Positions 38,251-49,560 of a DNA stretch of 64,000 nucleotides are shown piece by piece. The DNA is from Camelus ferus (Eukaryota). Positions within the stretch are counted from its first letter, which is position 1. The number at the start of each line of letters is the position of its first letter. The notes beneath the pieces were generated by a model that had not been told where the DNA came from, did no database searches, and worked only from the letters and a program-made list of their open reading frames with translations. Location: contig NC_045697.1 in NCBI RefSeq assembly GCF_009834535.1, forward strand, positions 102,426,001-102,490,000. The letters are read 5' to 3'. A program made the position numbers and the translations under genes.

Positions 38251-38934
38251 ACTAGCGGCCCTGCCAAGAAGCCTCTCTTACTGACAAACTTTGATTATTG
38301 TTCAAGCTCTTGTAATGATCATTTAGAATTTAAGGATTTAAGGCCCCATAGCTGCCGGTATTTTTTTTTTTTTTTTTTTTTTGCTAGTCCTCTACCTGCA
38401 TTTTTTACAAAACCTTGGACTACTGATCCCCAGGATAATTGAATATGCTCCTTTACTTAAAAATTTAATTTAATTTAATTTAATTCATTCATTCATTCAT
38501 TTTTGAATGTGATCCTTAACTCTGTAAGGTCCACGTGCTGAATTCAGGTCATCTGTGGATTCCTGTGGCCTGTCACGGAGTGTCACAACCTCTTGCACTA
38601 CAGCACACCAACAGCCTGACGGTTGCAAAACTGTCTCAAATACGTCACTAAAATATATCAAACATGTTACTTGACATGCTGAATGTTAACCATGGTATTG
38701 CTCTGGGGTTTTTTTTTTTTTTCTTTCTAAGATACTTTTAGCTTTTGCTCACATTCCTCATTAATTCAACCAAACTCCTTATGAAGCAACTTTCATGAAA
38801 CTGCACAGATGAGATTCCTCTCTGGTTCCTGAGAAACCATTCAATCAATTTCCACAGGTAATATCCAAACAAATATGAATTTACCCTGATTTTTAAAGGT
38901 CCTTGAGTTTTCCTATTACTATCAGTATTATTAA

Positions 38935-39160
38935 TATTAGTAGTAGACATTTGTACATTTTTAAAGCACATTTCATGTGTATAATCTCACTTAATGCTCA
39001 CAACATCCCTAGGAGGTGGATATTATTATCTCATTTTATAGGTAGGAAAACTGAGGCTCAGAGAGATCAGATGCTCTTCCTAGAGATCACAGCCAGAGAG
39101 TGACAGAATTGGTAATCAGACCCAGGTCCTCTGATTTTCATGACTACTACACCACACCAC
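38935..39160 (-). mobile_element. MIR
   Basis: ATCTCACTTAATGCTCACAACATCCCTAGGAGGTGGATATTATTATCTCATTTTATAGGTAGGAAAACTGAGGCTCAGAGAG. Confidence 0.88.
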
Positions 39161-39353
39161 AGTCCTGCTACCTAACTGGCAGATATTTCCTTTCTAGGTC
39201 TTTATAAGGACCTCTAACACAAGTCAAAATATGTCCTTTGTTTTTTCCCTGAGGGAAGGGCTCCCAGGGTGAGCAAAAAGAGAGAGAAAACTTACAGGCA
39301 TACCGCGTGTCTCAGAAAACATTATAGAGATGAGCCATAGCGATTTATGGGGA

Positions 39354-39575
39354 CTTTCTTTCTTTCCTTTCTTTTCTTTCTTTCTTCCTTCCTTCCTTCC
39401 TTCAATTCTTTCTTTCTCTTCCTTCCTTCCTTTCTTTCTCTTCCTTCCTTTTCTTTCTCTTCCTTCCTTCCTTCCTCCCTCCCTCCTTCTCTCTTTCTCT
39501 CTCTCTTTCTCTCTTTCTTTTTCTTTCTTTCTTTTTCTTTCTTCCTTCCTTTCTTTCTTTCTTTTTTTTTTCCCC
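39354..39575 (+). repeat. Homopyrimidine low-complexity tract (TTTC/TTCC/TC)
   Basis: About 220 bp, almost exclusively C/T. Confidence 0.95.
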
Positions 39576-40044
39576 CGGAGGGCAGTGACTCTACCAACCC
39601 AATCACTTACAAAGTTCAAGGCTGGGCCTTTGTTGGAGCTAGTGGTCCATGAAATATGCTACTCATAGAGGATGATTGAAAAATGTAGGTTGCAAGCAAC
39701 AACAGATCTCAGAAACTATGAGAAATGTATGCGCCTTAGCCATTTGGCATTTTGAAATAACACAGAAGTAACCATGTGGTCTTCAGGATGGACTTGTAAA
39801 GCTTGAAAGGCAGAAACTAAAGCCAGTAGATTCTGATAAGAAGAAGGAATACAGGGATCTGGATATGATTTTTAAACTCTTCTAACAGTTTCCTAGTTTC
39901 ATGTCACCTCCAGAAGTGGCCAACGAGGGTCCCATACCTTTCATTACGCCTGAGCACGGCAGTTAATACGCGCTGCCCTCTATCCCTTTGGCTGACACAA
40001 GTGGGCTGGGCTTCTGTGCTGGTCTTTCTAATGCAATGATACTT

Positions 40045-40853
40045 TAAAAAAAAAAATGAAGCATAGCTGCTGTACAATATTATATAAGTTACAGGTGGAC
40101 AATATAGTGATTCACAATGTTCAAAGGTTATACCCCATTTATAGTTATTATAAAATACTGGCTATATTCCCTGTGTTGTACAGTAAATCCTTACAGCTTA
40201 TTTTATACCTGATGGTTCGTACCTCTTAATCCCCTGCCCCTATATTGCCCCTCCCCCCTTTCCTCTTCCCACTGGCAATGACTAGTTTGTTCTCTATATC
40301 TGTGAGTCTGCTTTTTTGTTATATTTACTAATTTATTGTATTTTTTAGATCCCACATATAAGTGATATACAGGATTTGTGTTTCTCTGTCTGACTTATTT
40401 TACTTAGCATAGGCCTCCAGGTCCATCCATGTTGCTGCAAATGGCAAAATTTCATTCTTTTCTATGGCTGAGTAATATTCCATTGTGCATATATATACCA
40501 CATCTTCTTTGTCTATCATCTGTTGATAGACATTTGAGTTGCTTCCAAATCTTGGCAATTGTAAATAATGCTGCTAAGAACATTGGGGTATATGTATCTT
40601 TTTGAATTAGTATTTTTGTTTTTTTCAGATACATACCCAGGAGTGGAAATGCTGGGTCATATGGTAATTCTACTTTTAGTTTTTTGAGAAAAATTCCATA
40701 CTGTTTTCTACAGTGACCACACCAATTTACATTCCCACCAACAGTGTTGGAGGGCTCCCTTTTCTTCACATCCTGACCAACATTTGTGTTCTTTTTGATA
40801 ATAGCCCTTCTGACAGGTGTGAGGTGACATCTCATTGTGGTTTGGATTTGCAA
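40045..40853 (-). mobile_element. LINE-1, 5'-truncated, with TSD
   Basis: Peptide MQIQTTMRCHLTPVRRAIIKK..ELPYDPAFPLLG..FTIAKIWKQ; 17-bp TSD CTAATGCAATGATACTT / CTAATGCAGCGATACTT (40028-40044, 40854-40870). Confidence 0.95.
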
Positions 40854-41139
40854 CTAATGCAGCGATACTTGACCTACGTTCATCTGCTCGACCTCGCCCG
40901 GCCGTCCCTTCCACAGCTAGCACATGTGTACTCATTAGAAACTGCTGACGGAAGTAAAAGCCAAGTCCGTCTGTGGCACCCATCAAACCTGATTAGCCCA
41001 GAAAGCGAGCCCATGATCCCGTCATCCTAGTGTTCCAGCCACCAGGACACTTGAGGGCTGTTATTTCATGCTGGTAGTGGTGACTTTTCATCATCAAGGT
41101 CTTCCACTTCTTATATATGTTTCACCATTTTTCTAAAAG

Positions 41140-41310
41140 GAAGTGTGAAGGCTAGAGCCACACAATCTGGATTAGTCACAGCTCTGCCACAAATTAAACA
41201 TGCCATGCTGGGCAAGTCCCAAAACTTCCCTGACTCTCAAACGTCTTACGTGTAAAATGGAATAACAGCACCTGCTTTCCAGGTTGTTGGCAGGATTAAA
41301 TGAGTTGATA
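41140..41310 (+). mobile_element. MIR
   Basis: CAGCTCTGCCAC..TGGGCAAGTC..TGTAAAATGGAATAACAGCACCTG..GGATTAAATGAG. Confidence 0.8.
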
Positions 41311-41577
41311 CCCTTATCCCATCATCACTCCCCTTTTGCCAGCAGGATAAAATCCTAATCCCTTAACATAACTTAAAAACCCTTCAGTTGCTCTCTGGTC
41401 TCATCCCTCACTGAGCCCGGCTTGAAGTCTATCCATCAGCCACACTGAACTTCTCTCCTTTGTTTAGGTAATTACTGAAGTCAGATTTGACATCAGTTCT
41501 TTCAACAAGCTTTCTCTGACATCACCTCGCTCAGCCAAATCTGTATAAAGAACAGTAGGTACTTTACATGTGAAAGA

Positions 41578-42160
41578 AATCACTCACTCACTTAAATATT
41601 TAAGTACCCAGTTACTGCTCTGGTTTCTGGATAGAGAGTGAACAAGAGACACAGGTCCCTGCTATCATTCTAGTTGGGGAAACAAGAAAATAAATACACT
41701 AAAGAACTCAGCTAAATAGTACACAGGAGAAAATTAGGTAGGACAGGACAATCTTTTATCCAAAACCATTGGGACTACAAGTATTTCAAAATTAAGGATT
41801 TTTTTAACTTGGAAAGTAGTACAGTGTTATGTGTTAAACCAACAGGGTCTGAGTCAGCATGCCATAGTCAAACATTCATGTGACCATAATCAAGTATATA
41901 AATGTTCACAGTAAATTGAATAAAGATTACAGTACTCATTAGTTTGCACTCAAATTAAGAGGAATATTCTTTTAGTTTTCAGAGGTGTTTGGATCCAGGA
42001 ACTGTATTAAATGAGGAGGATGGGATGGAGAGAGGCTTGTGAGGGAAGACGGTCTTGAGACAGTGATCCAAGGATTCTCTTGGGAGGTGACGTTGATGCT
42101 GAGATAGGAAAGGTGTGTAGAAAGCTTACAAGTAACAGTCTGGGGAAAGAGCAGCCAGGG
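41578..42160 (-). mobile_element. L2 fragment interrupted by a Tigger MITE
   Basis: CACTCACTCACTTAAATATTTAAGTACC..GTGAACAAGAGACACAGGTCCCTGC; resumes ~42010 with GGAGGTGACGTTGATGCTGAGA..TCTGGGGAAAGAGCA. Confidence 0.6.
41745..42006. mobile_element. MER46C-like TcMar-Tigger MITE
   Basis: TTATCCAAAACCATTGGGAC..ATTTCAAAATTAAGGATTTTT..CAGGGTCTGAGTCAGCA..GTTTTCAGAGGTGTTTGGAT. Confidence 0.55.
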
Positions 42161-42764
42161 GCAACCTGGAGGAGCCCCTCAGGCAGTGACCCAAAGGATG
42201 AAGCTCTATTTTAATCCGTCTGCAGACGTCTTTTCAAAACAGTTGGCCCAAAAAGCTCTTTTGAATACTCCTTCAATGCGGCTTCATTTACAAACACCCA
42301 TCCAAAAATGTTACCTGTACGTGCATAGCAATACTTTTCTTTATAGGTTAAGTGCACCAAATAAGATCTCAGCTGGATTTATGCAAAGAGGTCATTTATC
42401 CTTATTCGACTTGACCAAGACTGAAAACTAAGACTGAAAGGATCAGGAATCTTCCCTAAATCATCCAGTTAACAGAGAAAAGGGAGGGAATGAAGCCTGG
42501 TAGTGTGAGCCCCTTCCTCTGACAATCCTTAGGGAAGCTTTTTAAAGTCCCTCCCAGCAGTTCTCAGTTCAGAATGTCTCTCTTGTCATTGATGGTGTCT
42601 CTGCTGCCTACTAGCACCCACAAAGGAATGATTTACTCAGGAAGAGCTGCTGGTGACGTCAAGGCCTGACAGAGTGTGTAAAGGGGAATAATTTAGGTGC
42701 AAAAGAACAAGGGCCAAACCCTAACAGCGGCAGAATTAACTGGTGAGTGAGAGAGTCAGACATA

Positions 42765-42945
42765 GTCATCAAACTCCTGAACTGAAAGAAACCATGGGAG
42801 CATCTAGTTCTCTCTCACCTGACAAGTGGTGAAAATGAGGCTCAGAGAAGAGAACTGGCTTAAACTTCATTCCAGAATGAGCTCAGAGCTGAGCTGGTAT
42901 CAGAGTCCTGGTGTTGGGACATCCAGAGCCCCCATCATCCCACTG
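42765..42945 (-). mobile_element. MIR/MIR3
   Basis: CATCTAGTTC..GAAAATGAGGCTCAGAGAAG..CAGAGCTGAG..AGTCCTG. Confidence 0.6.
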
Positions 42946-44574
42946 TGTCTTGCTGCCCGCGCTTCCCCCTTCACGCCCCTCTACCCTCTGGTGGTGGGGA
43001 GAAGGAAGTGGAAATTTGGGGGCAGGGTGCTAGCACAGGCTGGAAGTTTGAGGTGGAAAAGAAAGGAATGGCCCTAACATGTGTTTCAAGTTTCTGCATA
43101 CTGAATACATTTCCGAGTGATATATGTGGAAATCCTATCTCCCGGTCATCAGTGGTTTGTTCTTCATTTGTGGCTTAATTCTGGTCCCCACTCCTAAGAG
43201 GGAGAGGTGGTCTTACTTATCTATTTTCCACTTTCCGATTATCTTAAAAATCTATTTTTAATTTGCAAAGTCTCTCCACTCCCAATGATGTCCTTGCCCC
43301 AAAATCAAATGTTTGAAGGCGAGAGCAGATGGCCACACTTGAAGACAGCACAGTTAGAATTACTCCAAGCTTTGTTTCAGAGTCTCCTAATCTCTTTAGT
43401 CTACTCTTTTATTAAAGGAAATGCACATACACCATAAGAAGCCACATCTTACAGTTGTAAAGTCGCCATTAAGTTGTCTGAAATAAAGAAGTATTCCTTG
43501 AAGTACTTTTGAAAATAATTTCGCACAAGAAAAAAAAAAAAACCCTGTGGAGAAGTGGCAGTTGAGTAAACATTTCATGTGAGCAGGTGGAAGCAAAAAT
43601 GTTATCCTGTCAAAGGTTCACAGGCACCCAATACTCAAACCAGAAAACTGGACCGCAGCATGAAAATGACACAACTGCATTTTACTGTGCCTGAAATCTT
43701 AAAGTTAACCTGCCTGTGACATTTTTTTTTTATTATGATCTTATAGCCTTCGTTTTCTACCCATAGAGCTGAAAAATAAAGCCTGTGAAAATTCAGAAAA
43801 TTCTTGGCTCTGTCTGCTTTGAATGTTTTCAAAAATAAAGTTATTTTTCAGAACATTCATTATTTTGACCACAAACTCTTTCTAAAAAAATCTTCTGTCT
43901 GCCTGGATCTAGTCTGATTGAGCTACCAAGGCCCTTCTGAAATATTTTTAAATTGAATTTGAAAGTTTCGTGTAAATGATCTTTATAGATGAATGGTTTT
44001 CATTGGATTGACTTGTCAACATTTGACAGCAATTACTTTTCAGGTGAGAGCCTTAGTGAGGCCTAGGTTTCACCTTCCCTCTAAATACACTTCTTATACT
44101 AGTTTATTGTCAGTCCTAAAACACATATAATTCTTAATTTTGAGATACTGTTTTTATAATAATAATTATGGCCCCATTATTTGAATTTTGCTCAGTATGA
44201 CAAAGGCAAGATTTGGAGCCACACTTAATAAAATGCTCTAAATTATAAAGTCACCAATATGCTTTTCAACATAGAGAAACATTTAGAATTATCAAATATG
44301 GGAGCCGGGTATATACTTAAGCTTTTGTTTGATACTTTGCATAATTATGTTAAAAAAAATCTTACTTTTACATATTGAAAGACATAGGGGGAACTAATGG
44401 TATGATGTTTAATGAAAAGACAGGACAGCTTCTTGGTGTTTTTGGTTCTTGACAAACTCTTCCCACTGCCCTCCACCTTCCACCCTGAACAAAGTAGTAA
44501 GGGTCAAGGTGCTTACCAAGCTTTATACATTTCCACACCACTTATTGTTTTGTGTTTTCCTTTAATGTTACAAA

Positions 44575-44868
44575 ACTAACAATAGAAGAGAACTTCCTTA
44601 ACTTGGTAAAATAGAGTATCATTCAGTCATAAAAAAGAAGGAAATCCTGCCTTTTGTGACAACGTAGATGGAACCTGAGGGCATTATGCTAAATGAAATA
44701 AGTCAGATGGAGAAAGACAAATACTATATGTTGTCGCTTCTATGTGGAATCTAAAAACACCAAATTCAGAAACTGAGAGTAGAATGGTGGACACCAGGGG
44801 CTGGGGTAGAGGGAGACATTGGTCAAATAATACAAACTTCTACCTCTAAGATGAATAATTTCTAGCTC
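44575..44868 (+). mobile_element. LINE-1 (L1MA-type) ORF2 end and 3'UTR fragment
   Basis: AAAAAAGAAGGAAATCCTGCCTTTTGTGACAACGTAGATGGAACCTGAGGGCATTATGCTAAATGAAATAAGTCAG. Confidence 0.85.
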
Positions 44869-44879
44869 TAAATATGTGC

Positions 44880-46770
44880 ATGTGGAGAGTGAAACTCCAC
44901 AAGGTCAGGTAAAAACAAGTTCTAGGTAAAGAACAAAGTACTTGAGAATTGTAAGCCAAACAATTCCCAGAATTTGCACATGGTTTGGAATTGTTCAAGT
45001 TCCCTCCAGTTAGAATGGAGAAACCTTACTAAGCACAGACTATAGGCGGATCACAATACAGCAGTAGGGCTAAATTTTTCCTAGAGTAAAGGCTACTCTA
45101 GATTTGTGCTTTAAAAGACTTTACTAAAAAGCCTCAGAGAAATCAGTCTGATCTGGAGGTAACTTAACCACAACACAACATAATCCAAGAGTCTTTGAAG
45201 GAAGATAACAAAATCCAGAACTCAACAAAGTAAAACTCACAATTATTAGATAGAAGAAGATGCAAGAAAATGTGACCCATAATAATAAGAAAAATATCAC
45301 ACAACAGAAATAGACCCAGAAAGGACTATTTGGTGGAATTAACAAACAAAGATTTTAAAATGGATTTTGTAACTATGCTGACTTTGCCCAAAGTCTTAAA
45401 CAAAAAATAAACATAATGATGAGATATATAAAAGATATAAAATAAAACCAAACAGAAATTTTGAAGATGTAAAATAGATATGGAAAAATACTTTCTACTA
45501 AATTTAGTCAACAGCATTTTAGATACAATAGAAGAAAACATTAGTGATCCTGAAGATTTATCATTAGAAACTATCCATAATAAGTCACAAAAGGCAAAAG
45601 AGACTGAAAAAAATGACAGCCTCAGAGACTTGTGGATAATATCAAGCAGCATCATATATATGTAATTGAAATACTTGAAGAAATAATGGCAAAAGTTTTC
45701 AAATTTTAATGACAACTATAAGCTTTAAGATCCAAGAGACTCAACAAAACTCAGGTTGAATCAACATAAATGAAAGCATATGAAGAAATATCACAATAAA
45801 ATTTCTAACAACCAGTGATGATTCAAAACTTCATAAGCAACAAAAGAAAAAAATTATGCTTAGAGGAACAAAAATAAAGATGATGTATCTCTCTAAATAA
45901 ACTTGCTTTCACTTAAAAAAATAACACAGACTTCTTGTCCGAAACTATGCCAGACAGAAAATAATGAAACAATATCTTTAAAGTGCTGAAGGGAAATATT
46001 GTCAATTTAGATTATTCAATCTACCAAAATAGCCTCCAAAACTATAAAGATGAAATAAATTTTCTCAGATAACCAGAAGCTGAGGGAATTTAACATCAGC
46101 AAAAATACATTATAAAGAATGTTAGAGAATATTCTTCAGGCAGGAAAAAAAAAGAGAGAGATATCTGATGAGATACCTGATATAAACCTGGATCTACACA
46201 GAGGAATGAAAAAATACCAAAAATAATAAAAATATAGGGAAATACAGTACAATACAATATGCTCATTTTAAAATTACTTAAATGAAAACTGACAGTTTAA
46301 AACAAAAATAATACAAATGTATTCTGCAGTTTATAACACATGCAGAAGTAAAGTATTGAAAAGGTTTTATATTGTACATACAGTGATATAATTTGAATGT
46401 AAACTGTGATAAGATAAAGATCCATATGGTAAACCCTAGCAATGGTAATAAAGTTAAAAGGTAGTGAAAATAAAATAATAGTAATTATAAAACAGTACAT
46501 TTTAAAATACTCAATCCAAAAGATTTCAGGAAATGAAAAAAAAAGAGAGAGATGAGAGAGCAAATAAAATGATGGCTGATTTAAATTCAGCTATACTGAT
46601 AATTATATTAAATAATATAAATAAATAATCTTAAAACTCCAATTAAAATGCAATGCAGAGATTGTCAGATTAGATAACAAAATAAGATCCAATTTTGTAA
46701 GCCAGCTACAAAAAATGCCCTTTAAATATAATGATACAGATGAGTTAAAAGTAAAAGAACGGAAAAGACA
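44880..46770 (+). mobile_element. Old LINE-1 (L1MC/MD/ME-type) 5' region, ORF1 and start of ORF2, decayed
   Basis: ORF1p-like peptide LDTIEENISDPEDLSLETI..LRDLW; AATATCTTTAAAGTGCTGAAGG; GCAGAGATTGTCAGATT..CTACAA (endonuclease start). Confidence 0.75.
45884..45921 (+). mobile_element. Polyadenylated R-region stub of a MER41-like LTR
   Basis: 25 nt identical to 29540-29564 (TCTCTAAATAAACTTGCTTTCACTT), followed directly by A7. Confidence 0.7.
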
Positions 46771-46786
46771 TATATACATACATATA

Positions 46787-46853
<67 letters not shown>
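46769..46853 (+). repeat. (TA)/(CA)n microsatellite
   Basis: Long CA run (about 27 units) preceded by TA/CA mix. Confidence 0.95.
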
Positions 46854-46854
<1 letters not shown>

Positions 46855-46884
46855 AAAACAACATAAGAAAACTTTAATGGACCA

Positions 46885-47290
46885 GAAACACTCCCACCTT
46901 AGGGCCTTTGCACTGAGTGGTCCCTCCCCCTGGTGCACTCTTCTCACACATATCCATAGGACTGACTCCCTCACCTCCTTCACATTATCACTCACAGGTC
47001 ATCATCTCAATGAAGCCTACCCAGAGCCCTACTATTTCAGACTGCCTCTCAAATCACCCACCCTTTCAGCACTCTACATCACCCTTTATCCTTCTGTTAT
47101 TCCTTCTGTTCCAGGCTCTATTGCCTTCAAAGCATATAATTTATCAGGCTTACTCATTACTGCCTATCTCTCTCCCATTACAATGTAAGCTCTTTAAGAG
47201 CTGGGATCTTTGTTTATTCCTCCCTGTATCCAGAGAGCTTAGAATAGTACCTGGCACCTAGTTGATATTCAGTGTACATTAGTTGTGGAG
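46885..47290 (+). mobile_element. L2 3' end
   Basis: AGGGCCTTTGCACTG..CTCCCTCACCTCCTTCA..AATGTAAGCTC..CTTAGAATAGTACCTGGCAC. Confidence 0.85.
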
Positions 47291-47611
47291 TTATCTTAGA
47301 TCACTAGATAAGATTGTGGCTGACCCCTTTGATTTCAGGTCTCTTGATTCCTTATCTTGTGCTTTTTCTAGCTGCCTTGTTATAAGCTGATTGTGTGATG
47401 GGACACTTCAAGAAACACTCATTGAAACTGGGTCTTCATTAACCGAAGTATGATGTACTGAACAAGTAAAGTGATTATTCTACTATACCCTGTGACTATG
47501 ATTGGACTTAGATTGATATAGTCTCAGAGGACCAGACTGGGGAATATCGCTAAAGTTAAAGTAAATCAGATTACAGCTTAGTATAAAACAAAACTATCTA
47601 GTAATGACACA

Positions 47612-48042
47612 CAAGGCATGTTCTTGCTTTAGAGCCTTGGCACTGTTTTCACTTATCCCCGAATTGCTGTTCCCCCAAACATCTCCCTGGGTAACCCCCA
47701 CGTAAATTACTTCGGTAAATCTTTGAGCAAATGTTACTTTCTTGTTGAGACCTATTCTGACCGTCCAGTTTAAGATTCACCGCTCACATTCCCACTGCCT
47801 TCATGCTCTTGTTCCTCTTTACCCGCCATGTGTATGTTTTTACTTTTTCCATAGCACTTATCGCTTTCCAGTATACCATACGATTTGCTATTTTTATTAT
47901 GTATTGTTGGTTTTCTGTTTCTTCTCTTTAAAATCTAAGCTACATAAAGACAAGGATCTTTTCTATTTTGTTTTGTTCATCTGCAAACATCTAGACAATG
48001 TCCACTATATGATGGGCACTCAAATTTACTGAATGATGAATA
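47612..48042 (+). mobile_element. L2 3' end
   Basis: AGAGCCTTGGCACTG..AAATGTTACTTTCTT..CCATAGCACTTATC..GGCACTCAAATTTACTGAATG. Confidence 0.8.
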
Positions 48043-48064
48043 AGATCAATGTAGATTCGTTCAC

Positions 48065-48255
48065 TTAGCCTTAACTCTTCCTGTCTCCTGACACATACAA
48101 GCTGTAGGAATTCACACAAGTTAATTATCTTTCTGAATAAAATGGGGATAGTTGCACTTGATTCACTGGGTTTTATAAAATAAATGGGATTATATACTGA
48201 AAGTATTTAGCACACTGTCTGGCATAGAGTAAAAATGGACAATTAGCTACTAACA
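48065..48255 (+). mobile_element. MIR
   Basis: AAAATGGGGATAGT..TGAAAGTATTTAGCACACTGTCTGGCATAGAGTAA. Confidence 0.7.
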
Positions 48256-48299
48256 TTAAAAAACATCACCAAATTTGAACCCTAATTTAGAAGAGTGCC

Positions 48300-48600
48300 A
48301 AATTCCATTCAAGACAAAACATCTGTAGATCTCTCTCCTGAACTGTAACTGAGAGCTCAGAGCCTCAGAATTGTGAAAGATTATTTTCCCCAAATGTATT
48401 ACCATGCTACAACTTCCTGAATTTTACAATGTTCCAGCTTGCCACTTCTTCTCTAAAAGAATTTAGTGTCATCTGCAAATCTGGAGATTCCATCATTCAT
48501 TTATTTTTCTTCCAGATCATTAAAAGAAAAAAATCTTAAATAAGCCATCCCAACACTAATTCTTAGGATCTGATTATTTGCACTTACCTTTATAGAAAAG
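48300..48600 (-). mobile_element. CR1/L3 LINE reverse-transcriptase fossil
   Basis: Minus strand encodes LVLG...FNDLEE...SRFADDTKFF...VIHLGK in order (frame-broken), matching CR1 RT SVLGP..FINDL..SKFADDTKL..VMHLG. Confidence 0.75.
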
Positions 48601-49129
48601 AAATCATTTATTTACTTCTTCTTGTTCAACTCACAGACAAACTTGAAATTCAGTCCTGCCAAGGGCTGTCCCCAACTTCCGGCCTTTCTGAGGAAAGGAG
48701 CAGGTTTGGGACAAGAGTCCAAACTTATCTCTGCTTCACCATTCACAAGCCTGAGCTTCCTAAGGGTAACAGGAACCCTCATGGTAACAGCAGTAGATTT
48801 CAGCCTCCTGGGGTAGTTAATAAGCTTGGAAAGCACTCTTAAGAAATTGAATTAGATACTAGACATGCAGTGCTCTAGAAAACACTAATGCAATAGAACG
48901 TACTTTGACAACAGTTATAGAAACAATAAATGTAAAATGGCATGCTCTCAATTGACGATATGAATGCTAAAGGAATGCAGAATAAAGGAGCAAAAGAAAA
49001 CAAGAACTACAAGGAAGGATCAGGCTCCAGTCCTTCAGTTCTGCAAAGGTAGCTGCACGGGCCTTGAACGCTCCTCCTTTTTCCCTCAAGATACCAACAC
49101 AAGATAGTTCAAAAGTTCAAACGAGCAAT

Positions 49130-49560
49130 CCAAAAGAGACAATTTATTGAAATGAGATAGACATTTATTATGGAGGCCAAGGGTAATGGGGCCTTTTCAA
49201 GGACTGAAACCAGTAATTGGAAAGCTTTCAGAAGCCAAGAAAGTGTTTGATTTCTCAGTTTCTCATCTCTTTTCACAGACTTGTTATTTTTTCCTCCATG
49301 CCTACTTGCTGCCACTACTTCTCCGTATGCAAAAGATGGCTGCCCCTGAGTGCCCTCGTTTACATCATCTCACTTCCAGGCACTGCAGAGATTAACACGC
49401 TCCTGTGATAGAAAACTGAACTGACCCAGTGTGAGTTAGGTATATTCCTCTTCCTTCCCTTCCCTTCATCCATCCCTTCCAATCAACTGTGGGCCAGTCA
49501 AACATGGCTTAACTTGAGGAGGATGGCCGTGCACTTCCATGGGTATGTGATGGTGTTGAC
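49130..49560 (-). mobile_element. Degenerate old MLT1-like LTR
   Basis: AATTTATTGAAA.., AAAGATGGCTGCC, CCAATCAACTGTGGGCCAG motifs. Confidence 0.4.

Noticed and set aside
39224..39668. K/E/R-rich and F/S/L-rich ORFs
   Set aside because: Translations of the low-complexity pyrimidine tract
46603..47188. ORFs with (HT)n and (CV)n runs
   Set aside because: Translations of a (CA)n microsatellite plus L1 and L2 sequence
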